A model generated the notes under the pieces. It worked only from the letters and a program-made list of their open reading frames with translations, was not told the origin of the DNA and made no database searches. Source: Syncephalis fuscata S228 (Eukaryota; Fungi; Zoopagomycota). From it: a stretch of DNA of 64,000 nucleotides. Of this stretch, positions 24,465 through 38,356 are shown piece after piece. The position numbers and the translations under genes are program-made. The stretch lies in contig JAHLTZ010000002.1 of assembly GCA_025786725.1 (NCBI GenBank), positions 372,001 to 436,000 of the forward strand. The letters run 5' to 3'. Each line of letters opens with the position of its first letter. Position 1 is the stretch's first letter.

Positions 24465-27400
24465 ATGATGGCGCATCTTCTTACATTTTCCTTCTCGTCA
24501 ACTACTTCTGACGTCGAGGTAACAGTTGATCTGTCCGACGACGAGCAATCCACTCTTGATATATCTTCTACTAATCAATCACCCACCGTTCTTAATTCAT
24601 TTCCATCATTAGCGCTGTCTCAAAACAGATTGAACACAAATACATCACATATTCGATGCTTTGACAGCAGCGCTGCTACCATAGTAAAATCACCTATCAC
24701 TGGTGAACTTGTTAGCACATTACAACAACAACAACAAGAGAAGCAGTATTTAGATATGCAGAAGCGTGAACGTGAGCGCCATGAAAAGTTGGCAGCTATT
24801 CGTAAACAGCGTTTTGAACGTGAGCGTGAGTTTGAAATGTTGAGAGATTTACAGCGTCAGGAACTGTTAAATTATTCCGTGACAAGTTCAGACAATGGCA
24901 GCTATTTGATGCTTTATACTGAAGCTGATGATGTGGCATCCAATAGGGAACATAGCAGCAATCGTAGTAGTAAACATCATTTCAATTATAACAATAATCA
25001 GCATGCTCGTAAAAGTTTAACCAAATCTATAAAATATCCGCTCAATCAGCCAATAACTAATGAGCGTCGACAGTCACAAATTAAGAAACAAACAAAGTCT
25101 AAAAATTGTTTATCACCCACTTTGCACGCATTAACATCGAAAAAGTTGGCACAAAAACGTCGTAGTCAGCGCTACTCGGTGGCATCGTTGAATACACAAT
25201 CTACCAAAAGTAATCACTCAAATGGCTCTGGAATTAATCGACATCAACATATCTATGTTGCACTGCCCACTCTGCAGGCACAGCTTGAAAACACACTCGC
25301 TCCATCCACCTACATCTATGAACTACCCGCATCAGATTATAACTCAGTTACAGGCGAACAGCCCCGTAGTAGTTCAGATACGCATAGTTATATAGGGCCA
25401 TCACGTATTGCATCATTGCACCACTCAGCAATGAATCAGCAACATTTATCATGGCTTCCGAAATCCACGGCATTTCAAGAAAACTTTCAGCAAAACAGCA
25501 TTGTTCACGCTAATAGCTACTTTCTAGACAATGAAAATGACGATGAAGCACATTCCATTTGTGAGAATAAGACAAAAAGCACCATTCCTACCCACAGCCA
25601 CCAGATGGATCATTTGCATCATTGGCATCGCAGCGTGTAAAGTTTGCCCGTCCATTACATACCGCCATTAGTAATCGTATGGCTGCCTCTAATACAAACG
25701 ATACACTAGTAGTTCCAGAGAGTAGAGCACTGTATAATACATCTAAATTAAGCGGTGCTCATGAATCGTCATTATGTAACGACTCATCTCATGAATTTCT
25801 TGATATATCATCGCTACGATCGAGTACAGATGAATCATCGATCGATGATGATACCTCTCACAGTACTCATATTGATTCAGAAAAAGATTTGGCCAGAAAA
25901 GCATTAAAATCGACAGATGATCCAAGTTTGCCATGCTTAACATTCAGATTCTGGACTATATCAACGCTTTATGTTATTTTTGCGGCTATTTGCTCGCAAC
26001 TATTTTATTTTCGTGCTAACTTCGTCGCTTTCTCATCGTTTTTCGTCCAATTTACCGCTTATCCTTTAGGCCGTCTAATGGAAGCCATACTACCTACAAA
26101 AAACTACTCTATCGGTGCCATGCAATTCTACCTTAATCCAGGCCCGTTCAATTGCAAAGAACATATGTTAATTAGTGTAGCGGTTAATGCAGGTGGCATG
26201 GCTGCCTATGCCAGTGATGTTATTGCATCCGAGGAAATATTCTTTGATTTGCGTACATCAAGTCTATTAAATCTATCTATACTGTTGACCACTCAGTTCA
26301 TTGGCTTTGGATTGGCCGGTTACTTGAAAGAATTTCTGGTCCGACCAACTGCCATGGTCTGGCCTGTTCAACTGGTGCAAGTCACACTTTATAACACATA
26401 CACGCAAACAGCAATGCTAGGAATAATACAACATCGGGCCAGCTGATGGGTACGCCAGATACACAGCCATTAAGACATCAGGCTCGTTTGCCAGTAGCCA
26501 GAATATTGCAAGCAGCGTGGTTTAACACGACAACGTTTATTTATTATCGTATTCTGTGCGGCATTTGCTTATCATTTATTGCCACTAACAGTAATGCCCG
26601 TACTTACTTCGCTATCGCTTATATGTTTAGCAATGCCCCACAATGAATTTGCTCAATTATTGGGCTCTGGGATGCGTGGACTAGGTATGGGCACGCTTTC
26701 CTTTGATTGGGCTGCTATTGGTTCGGTGGCACCAATGTATACGCCATGGTGGGCGCAGGTTAACTTCTTCCTTGGTGCTATCGGTGTACTGTGGGTTGTA
26801 GCGCCATTGCTATGGTCATTTGACATTTGGTATGCTCGTATGTTTCCCATCGTATCGGCCCAACTATTTGACGAGCAAGGCCAGCCATTTGCCGTATGGC
26901 ATATTATCACTAGCACCTTTTCAATCGATACAAAAAAGCTAGCTAGCTATTCACAACTTCGTATGTCGCCTGTATTTGCTATTAGTTTTGGTGCGACTTT
27001 ATTTGCACTGGCCGCTTCCTGTACCCACGTCGCCCTCTACTATGGTAAGGATATGCTTAAACAATTGCGTGCGTCATGGCAAGATCACAGTGGACACCAC
27101 CATAAATATCAACAAAACAACTACAAGCCCGTCCATTGGCCTGTATACTTGGGTCTTTTTATTGCACCACTTGGCGGCGCTCTAATTGTATGTCAACTAC
27201 ACGCTTCCGCATTGCCATGGTGGGCATTATTGGTATCGCTATCTTTAGCTGCCATCATGGCGCTGCCCATTGGTATTATCCAAGCCGTTACAAATAGTTA
27301 CATTTCTATTGATGTACTTTTGGACAGCGTTTGCGGCTTTCTTTATCCAAGTCGTCCATTGGCCAGTATGCTATTCAAAGTCTACGGCACTTCCACAGTC

Positions 27401-28200
27401 TCACGAAGCCTAGCACTGGTATCCGATATGAAATTGGGTGAGTATATGAAGGTGCCACCGCGTAAACTGCTTATTGCTCAGTTATGGGGCAGTATAGTTG
27501 GTGTATTTATCAATTATGGCGTTATTACTTGGGTGCTGCAGAACAAACTCAAAGTACTAAGTGGAGCGACGCCCGACTCTACCGGTGGCTGGGATCCACG
27601 CAACACTAGAATATTCTACTCTTCAGCTATTATTTGGAACGTTGTTGGTCCTGAAAGCATATTCGGTACCAATTCGCCCTATCGTTTATTATGGCTCGTT
27701 GTATTGGCCGGTTATTGCTTCCCATACCGTTCTATCTACTGCATCGACGCTATCCTACTAGTAAATGGCGACTGGTCAATCTACCTTTAATGGCCCTTGG
27801 CGCCAGTGCTGTACCAAAATTGCCTGCCAACTTTCTACTTAGCAGTTTCATTGTGGCATTTGTGTCGCAATTTCTAGTGCGTCGCTGTCATAACCATCTA
27901 TGGAAACGTTATAATTATGTGTTTAGCGCCGCTTTAGATGCTGGTAGCCAGTTGGCTGCCGTAGCCGTGCTAATGGCTCTCTCAACCGTTGTATTTCCTG
28001 TGTGGTGGGGCAATGCCAAACCAAACGCGGAACACTGCAACTTATCCTTGCTGCACAAAGATTCTAGATATCATTTTAATTATCGACATGCTTTATTGTT
28101 TTTTATTCATTTGTCGATCTGTGTATTAATTGACTTTTCTTATCCTTCATTTAACACCATACTTTGCTTACACAACATATTGATCTTTCAAGCAATGTAA
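24465..28200 (+). CDS. OPT-family oligopeptide transporter with a long disordered N-terminal extension; apparently intronless, broken by several frameshifts
   Basis: STDDPSLPCLTFRFW, LNPGPFNCKEHML, LVRPTAMVWP, DMKLGEYMKVPPR and WKRYNYVFSAALDAG across consecutive overlapping ORFs. The true stop is uncertain. Confidence 0.88.
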
Positions 28201-28305
28201 TCTAATAAATGCTTGAATATTTTACATCCATTACTTGTATGTTTAGTGCAAGTTATAAAATAATACACAGGAATTTAGACATACTTGTAATTTTACTAAA
28301 CTAAT

Positions 28306-29014
28306 TTAATGTTCGTTATTTGCATCGACATTACCAATAAGATATTCAAGATAAGAAGTTGGTCGAGTAGTTGATGTAGATTCAGTCTGACCTGATGTTT
28401 GCTCGTCTGTTGATGTAGCATGTTGTTTATCTTCAGTTATATCATCTGTCATTGTCTCTTCCGCCTCCTCTTCTTGTTGTTGTTGTTGCTTACTCTTTTC
28501 CTCGGCTATTCAATAATAATTTATTGTTAGCGTCATTAGTCTATCATTTATCTTGCAGTTTACCTTGTCGCCGAAGTGTAGCAAGACTTGTCTTAATTTC
28601 TGTACGCATTTCAATCTGATAAGCTTCTTTGTCCAAGAACGTCTGCCTGGCCACTCTTTTTAAATCATCGTACAAATGCTTTCTATTATGTGTTAGTCTT
28701 TACGAACAAATTACTCGTGAATATTTACCGTTCCAACTGGTCCAATACTGCTCGATGAAAGTAGGCACGCGATCGCAGTACATGAGGAGAGTGTTCGGCT
28801 AAATCGCGTGCAACACGATCTACTTGTTCTAGTAAACGTTTGCCGTGTTCCTAAAGGAACAACGTAAGCACGATAGTTTGCATGACTAGTTGTAATAGCC
28901 TACATGTTCTTGGAATTCAGTCAATAGCCTTTTACGCATCCGGTCAAAGGCGCCTTGCTGCTTAACCTGCTGAACCAAGTCATCTGGCGTTATTTCAATA
29001 TCTTGTGCCGACAT
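28306..29014 (-). CDS. COMPASS Shg1/BOD1-domain protein, 4 exons
   Basis: TPDDLVQQVKQQGAFDRMRKRLLTEF matches the Shg1/BOD1 N-terminal signature (K..G.FD..R+). Confidence 0.75.
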
Positions 29015-29378
29015 AACGGCATAGTATACATAAAATGGGGAAAACACCGTGTTTGACCCAATAGATAATTGGCCATTCGTGCATTCTATATTATTACAAT
29101 TATTACAATTGTTATTTAACATTTGTTAATTGTTGCAGTTGCATAAATAATATGATTGACGCCATTTTAATAAAATATGATAGCATCAATACAAACATAC
29201 TCTTTCTAACATAGGTATTGGCGTCTATGTACCAATTAAATTGTATTCAGGGTATTACGATGCCCAGTTACACGCTTGTGCCCCTACTAAATTGATATCG
29301 GCAGTGATGGGAAATGAAGCCGCGCTTCTTTTCACTTAGTATTTCTTTTGTTAGTTTTCGCTGATTTAAATTGCCAAC

Positions 29379-31228
29379 ATGGATTCCAATAGTCATGGCT
29401 CGCTTACTAGCCTGAAAGACATTGAAGCAGCCGCTACTGCTGCTGGCATATCGCCCAATGAACTGCAAGAACTGTTTTTCTCCGCTAAGGCTCAGTGTCC
29501 AGCATTTAGTCAAGGCTGTCCCTACGCGAAGTTCACAAACATCGAGGCACCTGCCCATAACCTCACTGCTCAATGGTAAGCTGTCACCGTTCATTGTACG
29601 CCCTTTATTGCCTTATTAACATGCATCTTAATGAAGCCCCGCCTTCCAAAACGGTAAGCCTAGACGACCATTCCGAAAATTACCGATCATGCTCTAGATA
29701 TCTGATGCGATAATGCGCCCTTTCATCTGATATAGGCTGTCCATTTAGCCATAAATCACCGGAACAGGTGGTAGAACTTTTACGCAATGTACCCCATGGT
29801 CATAAGGCGTGTCCGGCCCTACAGCACGGCAGTAAGTTACTTGTACATCAGGGGTGGTTTAGCAGTATTATCAGATGCTTTTTCTTCAAAAGAATTTCTA
29901 AAATCCGACGATATACTATTAGAGCATATCAATCGGAATATGGCATTAGACAGAGCCATCATTTACTTTTTACCTTCTTGATACTTACAAGCTATTGTTA
30001 TTGCAACTTGCAGAAGTTAACAATCTACCAACGTGTTCTGACGGTGAGACATTGTTAAACGCCTTGCAAAACCTTCGTTTGGATCTATTTGTACTTGACA
30101 ACGGCCACGACGAAGAGAATATGCCTGCTCCTATAGCACTTGCTCAGGAATTGCGCAGTGGCACGGCTAAGTTCCATAGACTAGCTCAACGTTCAGCATT
30201 CATCAAGTAAGCTAAGCGGCTTGTCTATAATGATATAAAGCAATATTAACTTGGCTACTTTCTATAGACGATATACGCGTGGTGAACTTGATAAGGAAGT
30301 CTATGCTCAGTTTTTACTTTCTCTACACTGTGTGTACAGGTATGTTTAGTTAATTAGTTGGATGAATTGTATTAATGAAACATGATAGTGCATTGGAGAA
30401 AGCACTAGAGCAGCACAAAGATCATAAAGGACTTAAGCTCATCTATTTTGATGGTAAGCTTCGCCGTTTACCCGCTATTGAAGAAGGTAATTATACACTA
30501 CTATAAACACACAACCAATATACTAAGTAGCATGAACGCAATTAGATTTACACTTTTATTTGGGAGACAGCTGGCAAGACCGCATTGGACAAGTGCCAAA
30601 GGCAGCACAAGCATATGCTGACCGACTAACTGAACTGTCCAAGACCAATCCCAATTTACTGGTGGCTCACAGCTATACACGTTATCTTGGAGATCTTAGT
30701 GGTTAGTTGTTTTGATTGTAGTAATAACACAATGCTCATATTTAAATTATAGGTGGGCAGATTTTGGCAAAAAAGACGCGCAAACATCTTGAATTGCCAT
30801 CGGACCAAGGCACATCATTTACGAATTCCACACCATTGACGATGTAAATGCCTTTAAGGATATCTATCGTGCTGCCTTAAACGAAATTCCTGTAGATAAT
30901 GAAACTCGAGGTAGGTTATTAAAGATACATAAAGCTTCTACTAACTGATTAACCATTTAATAGATGCCATTGTAAACGAGGCAAAGTATGCCTATGAATT
31001 GAATGTCAACGTATTCGAAGCACATGAACATTTACTCACTGCAAATACAGCTAAACGTGGGCAGGGTAAGTTGTTTATTGAAGCTGTTTATTAAACTCAA
31101 ACTTTATTTTATTAGATGATGGACAGTTACGTCGATCAATCGGTAAATATATAGCAATAGGTGCATGGATTGCCGTTGCCGTTGCATTTCTTCATCATCG
31201 TGGTGCATTTAATGCACTGCGTAAATAA
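29379..31228 (+). CDS. Heme oxygenase with N-terminal Cys-Pro repeat extension and C-terminal membrane anchor
   Basis: LRSGTAKFHRLAQRSAFIK (proximal His helix), HSYTRYLGDLS/GGQIL (distal helix), EAKYAYELN and a hydrophobic tail. One missing T in a T-run near 30820. Confidence 0.92.
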
Positions 31229-31465
31229 TTGCCATTTATGCCTGCATTTCATTCAATTAATAAAGTTGATTATAACTGCAAAATGTTTATTTGCTGGTAT
31301 TGACCAAATAATAGTTTAAACCAAATGAAATGTCCTGCATTATGTAATGATTGTATGGTTGTGTAATTTAAATGAGCCATGAAAATAGGTATTGAGTTAC
31401 AGAAATTAACAAAGCTTAATGTTTAGATTTGATGCCAGAACTAATTGCGTCTTAAGCCTGCATTT

Positions 31466-31801
31466 CTAGAGTTTTGCTGTATGCTTATTGATGGGTGTCG
31501 AGATCGTGTTGAAGGTTCTTTTCGCTCGCTGACAACTGGGTAAACTCATTTTAAGTTTGGAAATTTCGGTACTAGTCGTAGGGGTCTTGACTTGGCTTTC
31601 ATAGTATTTAAGCTTCTTAGTTATGTCATTTTGACGGGCATGTATGTCGTCTAATGACTTTTGAATATCCTTTCGATACTGAGCCTTTGCTTTGTCATCG
31701 GCCGGATTTCCTGGAGTTGGCATTGGCTTTGCATCGACCATAGTGGTGCCGACGATGAAGATGGCGGCAAGGGCGCAAATAGCAATAGTTGATGCCTTCA
31801 T
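31466..31801 (-). CDS. Small secreted protein (signal peptide plus helical Lys-rich mature region), effector candidate
   Basis: MKASTIAICALAAIFIVGTTMVDA-KP signal peptide; intronless; TATA-like TTTAAATAG ~125 bp upstream. Confidence 0.7.
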   Translation of the reverse strand: MKASTIAICALAAIFIVGTTMVDAKPMPTPGNPADDKAKAQYRKDIQKSLDDIHARQNDITKKLKYYESQVKTPTTSTEISKLKMSLPSCQRAKRTFNTISTPINKHTAKL

Positions 31802-33435
31802 GGTAATGTTGGTGTAGTGCTGTAGACGAGTATTGGGATAAGTTAGATGCGTAGTAGAAGATAGGCTGCTGAGTGTATGTTGAGATTAAAGTATCAAACA
31901 TAAACTGTGTTCCAAGTAGGCACTATTTAAATCTATTGTCGCACTGGTGTAGCATAGGATATAATGTTAGTAACTCTGCTAACAGTATGTTTTACCAATG
32001 TAAATTGCATACAACAGTCAGGTCAATACTGAAGCAGTACTATGATTGCTTACTGTTAAAGCCTTAACTTAAAATCAGTGCGTTAGTGACAATTGTGTAG
32101 AATCTAGACTCAATGTTTATTTTAGTTACTGCATAAAATACAGGTTTACCCTTATTCTTATCTCATTACATTCTGCTGGCCTGCTTCATACTTATGCAAA
32201 GCATACTTTAACATGCATATCTAAACCATGGACACAATTAAAAATAAATCATTTATGTTCATGTAGAGATTGATGCATTCAAACATTAATAAATGTATCT
32301 ATATCTATTGATGGGTAATTATTGATTTATTAGTACTATTTCAACTGTATTTGTTTAAATATATACATGTTTTTGTAAATATATTATCAATTGTTTTAAT
32401 GTTCCAACTGATATTTGTATGCTACCAAGAACTTGATAAACAAATGTATCAAGTACTCTACAGCTTGCTAATATATTTGATTGTGCCTTTGTCTGCAGAA
32501 CAGCATGCTTACAAGCTGAATTCGTTAATTACATTCAACTATCTCGATTTTGTATTCCGTTTACTCCATTCATAACCAGTTTTCTATATTATTGCATGCT
32601 AATTTGATTTATTAATAGATGACTTTGACTTCAGTATACGCGCATTTATGTTATTTGGTTCGTAGCCAATCATTTTATTAAGTTTTATTATCCTGATAGT
32701 AGCAATACACAGCGCATCTTTGTATTTCATCGATTAGTGATGTAGAAAATTAAATATTATGTATTGATTTTTATCGCGTCTATAGATTCTATGAATAGAT
32801 AATGAATTTGTATTTTGATATAGCTTATCCATAATGAATCATAATAAATCAAGCGTATTATAATTGATATTATTCATATATAATATGTTGTTCAGTTATA
32901 TGCTTTATTTTTAAGCACACTAACATAGCAATATAATTACAACATTAGGACAGTAACACTGATGTGGGTACAAATAAATACAATAGACTGTATTGTCAAC
33001 AAATATGGTCACAATCTCTACATATTAAATTATTATGTGAATGACCATATTGCAGCAACTAAGCTAATTTATGTTAATAGCCAATACATTGCATTTATGT
33101 CTATCTAATGTTGATGGGCAACATAGATAGTATTTATCATTTGTTGAATATAAGGCAGCAAAAATACATATAAAAATAATTACGCTAGATTGAAATGAAA
33201 CCATATGTTTATTACTACAGATTTGCATAGCTGAATAGACGCATCTAAATGCGGAGTGCTAGTAAAATAATAAAACCATTGATCAAAGATGGATAAACCG
33301 GAACATTGGCTAGAACTTTGTATAAAAATAGACTAGATGGCAGTTGTCAAATGGTTTTGATTTTTGCCAAATGTATACCTAATGCATGTTGAACTAGCAG
33401 TTTAGTTGCACTACCAATGCTCATTTCTTGGAAAT

Positions 33436-33639
33436 TTAAGGCTTTTTTGGTAATTCAAGGTGACGAAATTCCTTAGTAGGCTGGAGTTTAGGAGATGCTT
33501 GAGAGGGAGGAGATTCTTGAAGCCGAGTAAGCGCACCAAAATCGACGCGGCGAGTTAGAACTGGTTTAGCATCCACCATCGATGTATTGATTACAAAAGC
33601 CACGACGAGGGTATAGACGGCAGCGATAGAAAGCTTTAT
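33436..33639 (-). pseudogene. Paralog of the 31.5-31.8 kb secreted protein with ATA at the start-codon position
   Basis: CAACATCACC-ATA-AAG versus CAACATTACC-ATG-AAG; shared signal end MVDAKP; similar upstream TATA-like context. Confidence 0.5.
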
Positions 33640-35923
33640 GGTGATGTTGATTTGTTGCAGCAAACGAGCAGAGCAGAAAATATAATGATCTAATATAGAG
33701 TAAGTAATAGTGAGTATTTGGTAAAACTAGAGTATGATGTTGATATCGCTAGTCAGCTGTGTATATTTTGTGGGCTATTTAAGTAGATGGCTATACTGAG
33801 ATACCAATGCTGTAACGAGTCTTTTATGATCTAGGTCATAGTTCATGACTTATACAAAAGGCGAGATTTGTCCATTGCATGTACAAGGTTACCGTGTAGA
33901 GCTAATGGCCCTATAAGCCCTCTCTGTACTAGCTGCACTTATTATAGTACAGTGAAAGGCATAGGTCTGATGTTACATTTGTTTTCTGTTTCTCGCTCTA
34001 ACAGAACTTGCCATTTAATTCTTTTATCCAAGTTCTTTTTGCAATTTTTAAACACCAGGCCTTTGTTGATAGGCCAATATCCTGAATCGCGCATCTATGA
34101 AAGGGAACTTGTTTCTACTCCTCTAATAAACATGCATACTTATCATTTGACTCGATTATTGATGATTGCTTGGTTAGTGACAATTGCCGGCACAATGGTT
34201 GAAACTGTTGCGGCACATATTAATAACAATATAGAATATTTCTTCATACAGTTAATAAACATCATTATTCATACCCGCACAACTAGGCCACTTTTGTAAA
34301 AATATATTTGATTTTAATTTGTACCCATTTGGCTTGTTCAAATATGCTATACTGCACGAACTACACCATTGATGTGAAATGGAAACCAATAACAATACGT
34401 TCACATGGTGGCAATAAGTGCAGGTATTTTAATAGATCGATAACGCGCTAGTACTCGGTCTAGACTTTGCATCCAACTGTTCGACAATTAAGCTAATGAT
34501 GCGGCAATAGCAACAATCCGGCATATGTGCAATAGTAATTTATCTAACAATCTGCGTTACCGTGTCAAACAGCTCGCCTATGCAGCGCAAACTGGATTTA
34601 CTGGTGCTATGAAGCCAGTGACAATGCATAACTAGACCTTGTTGCTGCTTTACCCAAAAACTCAAGTACAATTTAGAATACATGCAAATTGCTTTTTAAA
34701 ATTCATTGCTATCACCCATTATTGACTGTCGCATAATGATGTTTTTTGTAATAAAGCACTAAACTTGTTTATTGGTGTTATTGATTGCTGGGTCATCAAG
34801 TAGTATGAGCATTGTTTTATTTTATGGCAAATAGTATTTATGTAGTAAATTGCATGATTACTTAGTAGGTTTCTTGTAAAACACCTGAGACATTTATAAT
34901 AGTATCAAGCAATTGTGTCGATTATTAGGAGTAAATTAGACCAGGCATTCTACTGCATGTTTATTTGTAAATAAATAATGTCATGCGTGAATAAATAAGT
35001 AATACCGTATTAATTAGTTAATTATTGCTATTAATTTAGTTATGCTAATAAAAAATCAATTTATTAAATCGCTCTAGCTAGATAGGAACAATTATCCTTA
35101 TATTCAATTAGCTATAAAATTACTTTGCAATTCAGCTGTAATAAAATTTAGTTATTAGCAATTTTAAAAGAGACTATATTATACATTTGAACAATTATAA
35201 ATTTATTTAAATTAACTGTAAGCTGAGCTCAACTCAACATATACGAAAACAAGATGCAGGTGGGTATACTTTGCAATAATAGCAGCGGCAATCAAGGCCG
35301 CTGGGTAAAATCAATTACATCAGTATATACTGGCGAACAAAGGATAAATGTGCTTGCTATTAATGCACTAGGTTACAAAGTGTAAGCACTGATGGTATAA
35401 GCTAGTGTTAAATTGTGTTGCTAAAAACATTTTAGAGTAATTATTGCTAATAATAGTAGATGGCGGTGAGGGCACAAACAGAGTACTACCAAATATTACT
35501 CTGCTGAGTACGTTTACCCTTCGTTTGTTTCATAATTAAACAATTACCAATTGGTTGTTTCTTTCAATAATCTCTCTTTTATTTAAACCGATGATCATTA
35601 CCATATTTTATTAATAGAAATATCAAAGAGCGAAAATAAACAATATTTTATCTTAAACAAAATAGAAACTGTTTGACATACATATATATTCGGACATTTG
35701 CGTGCCATGCGCTCAATATGGCAGTAAAGAATGTTTTTGAGAACTTCACACCATTAGCTCTATATTTAGACCACGGCACTGCAACCGTGAGTGTTATGCC
35801 GACATTGGTGTAACGACAAAATACGTGGAGCATCAAAGCAAGCATTGCTTTTAAAAAGGAAATGGATTGCCAAAAATTGAGTTCAACTGCTATCTTTACT
35901 GTTTATTTGTTAGCTACTACAAT

Positions 35924-37720
35924 ATGCTTGGCAAAAAGCTATTAGTTTGTTTTGTTGCACTTAGTTGCATATTGTGTTCTAAGTCAACGTATATCTCCGC
36001 TAAAAGCGCAAATGCACCAACCAAACAAAATACTTCTGGGCCAACACCCGCCAGCTTCGGCAGCCGTCCGTTGAATGTTCTTATTAGTACAACAATGGGC
36101 ACCAAGTCCCATACAGTGCCCCAGCTATCTATAGGAGATATTCTAGCTGCACGCGGTCATAAAGTAACATTTGCTGGTTATAATGATACGCTGTCTTCGT
36201 GGTTAAAAGGCCATTCTAAAATACATCCTGTAGATATGGGCGCTAATCCAGTGGATAAAAACACTTATTTGGAAATGTCTCGCCAAGCTCTATTCTCTGA
36301 CGAAGACCTGGATTTAGTAGAGTTTCTTGATAAAGCCTTTGACTTTCTTATGAAAGGCTACGTTGAAAATGTTCAATTCTATCGTCAATGGATTCGTGAC
36401 AACTCGGCTGACGTGATTATATGCGATGCTAGTAACTCTGCTTGTGTTGATGCTGCGCACGACGTTGGCTGTCCGTTTGTCATTACCGTACATATGCTAG
36501 GATTCTATAGTAGGTGTATTAGAAAGAACATCATCATGTAATAATGTAATATTTAGGTCATGGGGCCAACCTTATATTTCAAACAACATTAAGCCTATGC
36601 CACTCACCTATGAGAATGTAGGATTTATTGATCGTCTATTAGACAGAATTATCTTGCCTGCAAAAATGATTTCTGCTGTAATGGAGATGATGAAAAAAAG
36701 AGACGCTGTAATATCCAAAGCAGGTATTACGCCATACAGTGGATTCGCAGATCTTTGGAGGCACGGATTTATATTGGTTAATAGCTTTATTGGCTTTGAG
36801 GTAATGCACGATTGCGCTTTTAATAATTTCCAATAACACGTTGTGTAGTTGCCACGAGCCTTGCCATCCAACACATTTATGATTGGTCCGCACATATCAA
36901 ATGCCGTTGAAGACTGCCTGACGAGCTTGCCGAATTCTTGGATGCCATAAACGCACCGTTTATGTAGGATTTGGGACTGCTGGTGTTTTGCCAATTCATC
37001 GTGTTTCAAAAATACTTTATTCGTTGCTTGCTGCTCATAGAGATGGTCTGCTTGACGGTGTTATCTGGGGATTAGTGCTAATGGCTGACAACAAAGAATC
37101 AATACCGCAAACAATTACCATTGATGGTGTCGACCATAGTGTTGAGGATATGCGTTCTGGAAAGCATCCAGTAATTCGTCTGCTTGATAATGCACCACAG
37201 CGTGCTGTATTAGCGCATCCATCTGCTCAACTGTTTGTTACACACTGCGGTATCGGCTCTATTTACGAAACACTTTACGCTGGAGTGCCAGTTCTTGGCC
37301 TTCCAGGCTTTGGTGATCAATTAATCAATGCAAACAAAATGGCTGAACACAAAGCAGGTTTATGGCTTTCTAAGAAGGAGATTAGCCATGACACTTTGAG
37401 CGATGCCTTCCATCGACTACTATCACCTGGATCGAAGGAAGCTAAAGAGATCCGTACCAACATTAACCGTCTTCAGGGTATGATCATATGGCTAATCGTG
37501 ATCAGATCGGGGCTGATCTTGTTGAGCTGGCCGCCATCCCGGTGCTATTCTAGCACACGAAAGTGCGGATTTCCGCATGCCATGGTGGAAAGCCGGCAAC
37601 TATGATCTATACGCCTTTATACTTTTAATTGTTGCTACATCAATCTATCTGTTTGTTTCTGTCGTGAGATATGGATTTGGTATACTGCGTCTTAAGCAGA
37701 AGAAACAAAAGCAAGCCTAA
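35924..37720 (+). CDS. UDP-glycosyltransferase (GT1/UGT) with signal peptide and C-terminal TM anchor; 2 introns, several 1-nt frameshifts
   Basis: SH..PQLSIGDILAARGHKVTF; UGT signature APQRAVLAHPSAQLFVTHCGIGSIYETLYAGVPVLGLPGFGDQLINA; tail MPWWK..YD-TM-KKQKQA*. Confidence 0.9.
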
Positions 37721-38227
37721 AGTGTTTTGATTTGAGATTAAAAGTACTGTAAGCTAATAAAACGCAGCTTATGGTACCAAATAAAACAGCAACATTTTAT
37801 TTGTTAAAATCAAAATTATTACTATTTGCAATTAATGAACCAAACAAACTGTTTATTTGTCTATTCAATTTGCTATTGCTTTAATTAAAATATATTATAG
37901 TAGCCTATAGATATTAGTCGTAATGTACGAGGAAGAACTGGTGAACTAGCTTTATTATTCTAGTTATTGAAGCAAGTTACTATTTAAATAGCTATTGCAT
38001 AACAAATTGATTGCCATATCAAGATTGCATGTTGTTCAGTTGTTTGTTACGGCTTCATTTAAAGGATTAAAACAACACATACTATTACTATTGTTAAAAA
38101 AAACACTTTTTATTTGCAAATATTAACATACTGCAATTAGTTGTATGATCTATTTTAGCAGTACTATTAGCGATTTATTTGTTTATATTATTTATGTTAA
38201 TGGAATTACATTAAATTAACCAATTCA

Positions 38228-38356
38228 TTAGTCATTTAATATAATTTGGGATCAAATGCTATTTTAATAACATTTGAATTTGGATTTATTAGCTTGAGTG
38301 ATATCAGTCATTAAAACACTCATCACCGTAGATTTATTATTCAATACGCATATAAT
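38228..38356 (-). mobile_element. Repeat family A, degenerate reverse arm
   Basis: Reverse complement TATATGCGTATTGAATAATAAATCTACGGTGATGAGTG..GATATCACTCA..AATGTTATTAAAATAGCATTTGATCCCAAA resembles the family core. Confidence 0.5.

Noticed and set aside
23832-24476. Minus-strand ORFs upstream of the OPT gene
   Set aside because: No recognisable homology or codon bias; likely promoter or intergenic sequence.
33868-34640. Possible degraded gene (ORF 33868-34299, an HELHH stretch and an exon-like segment near 34490-34635)
   Set aside because: No consistent spliced model or recognisable family could be built.
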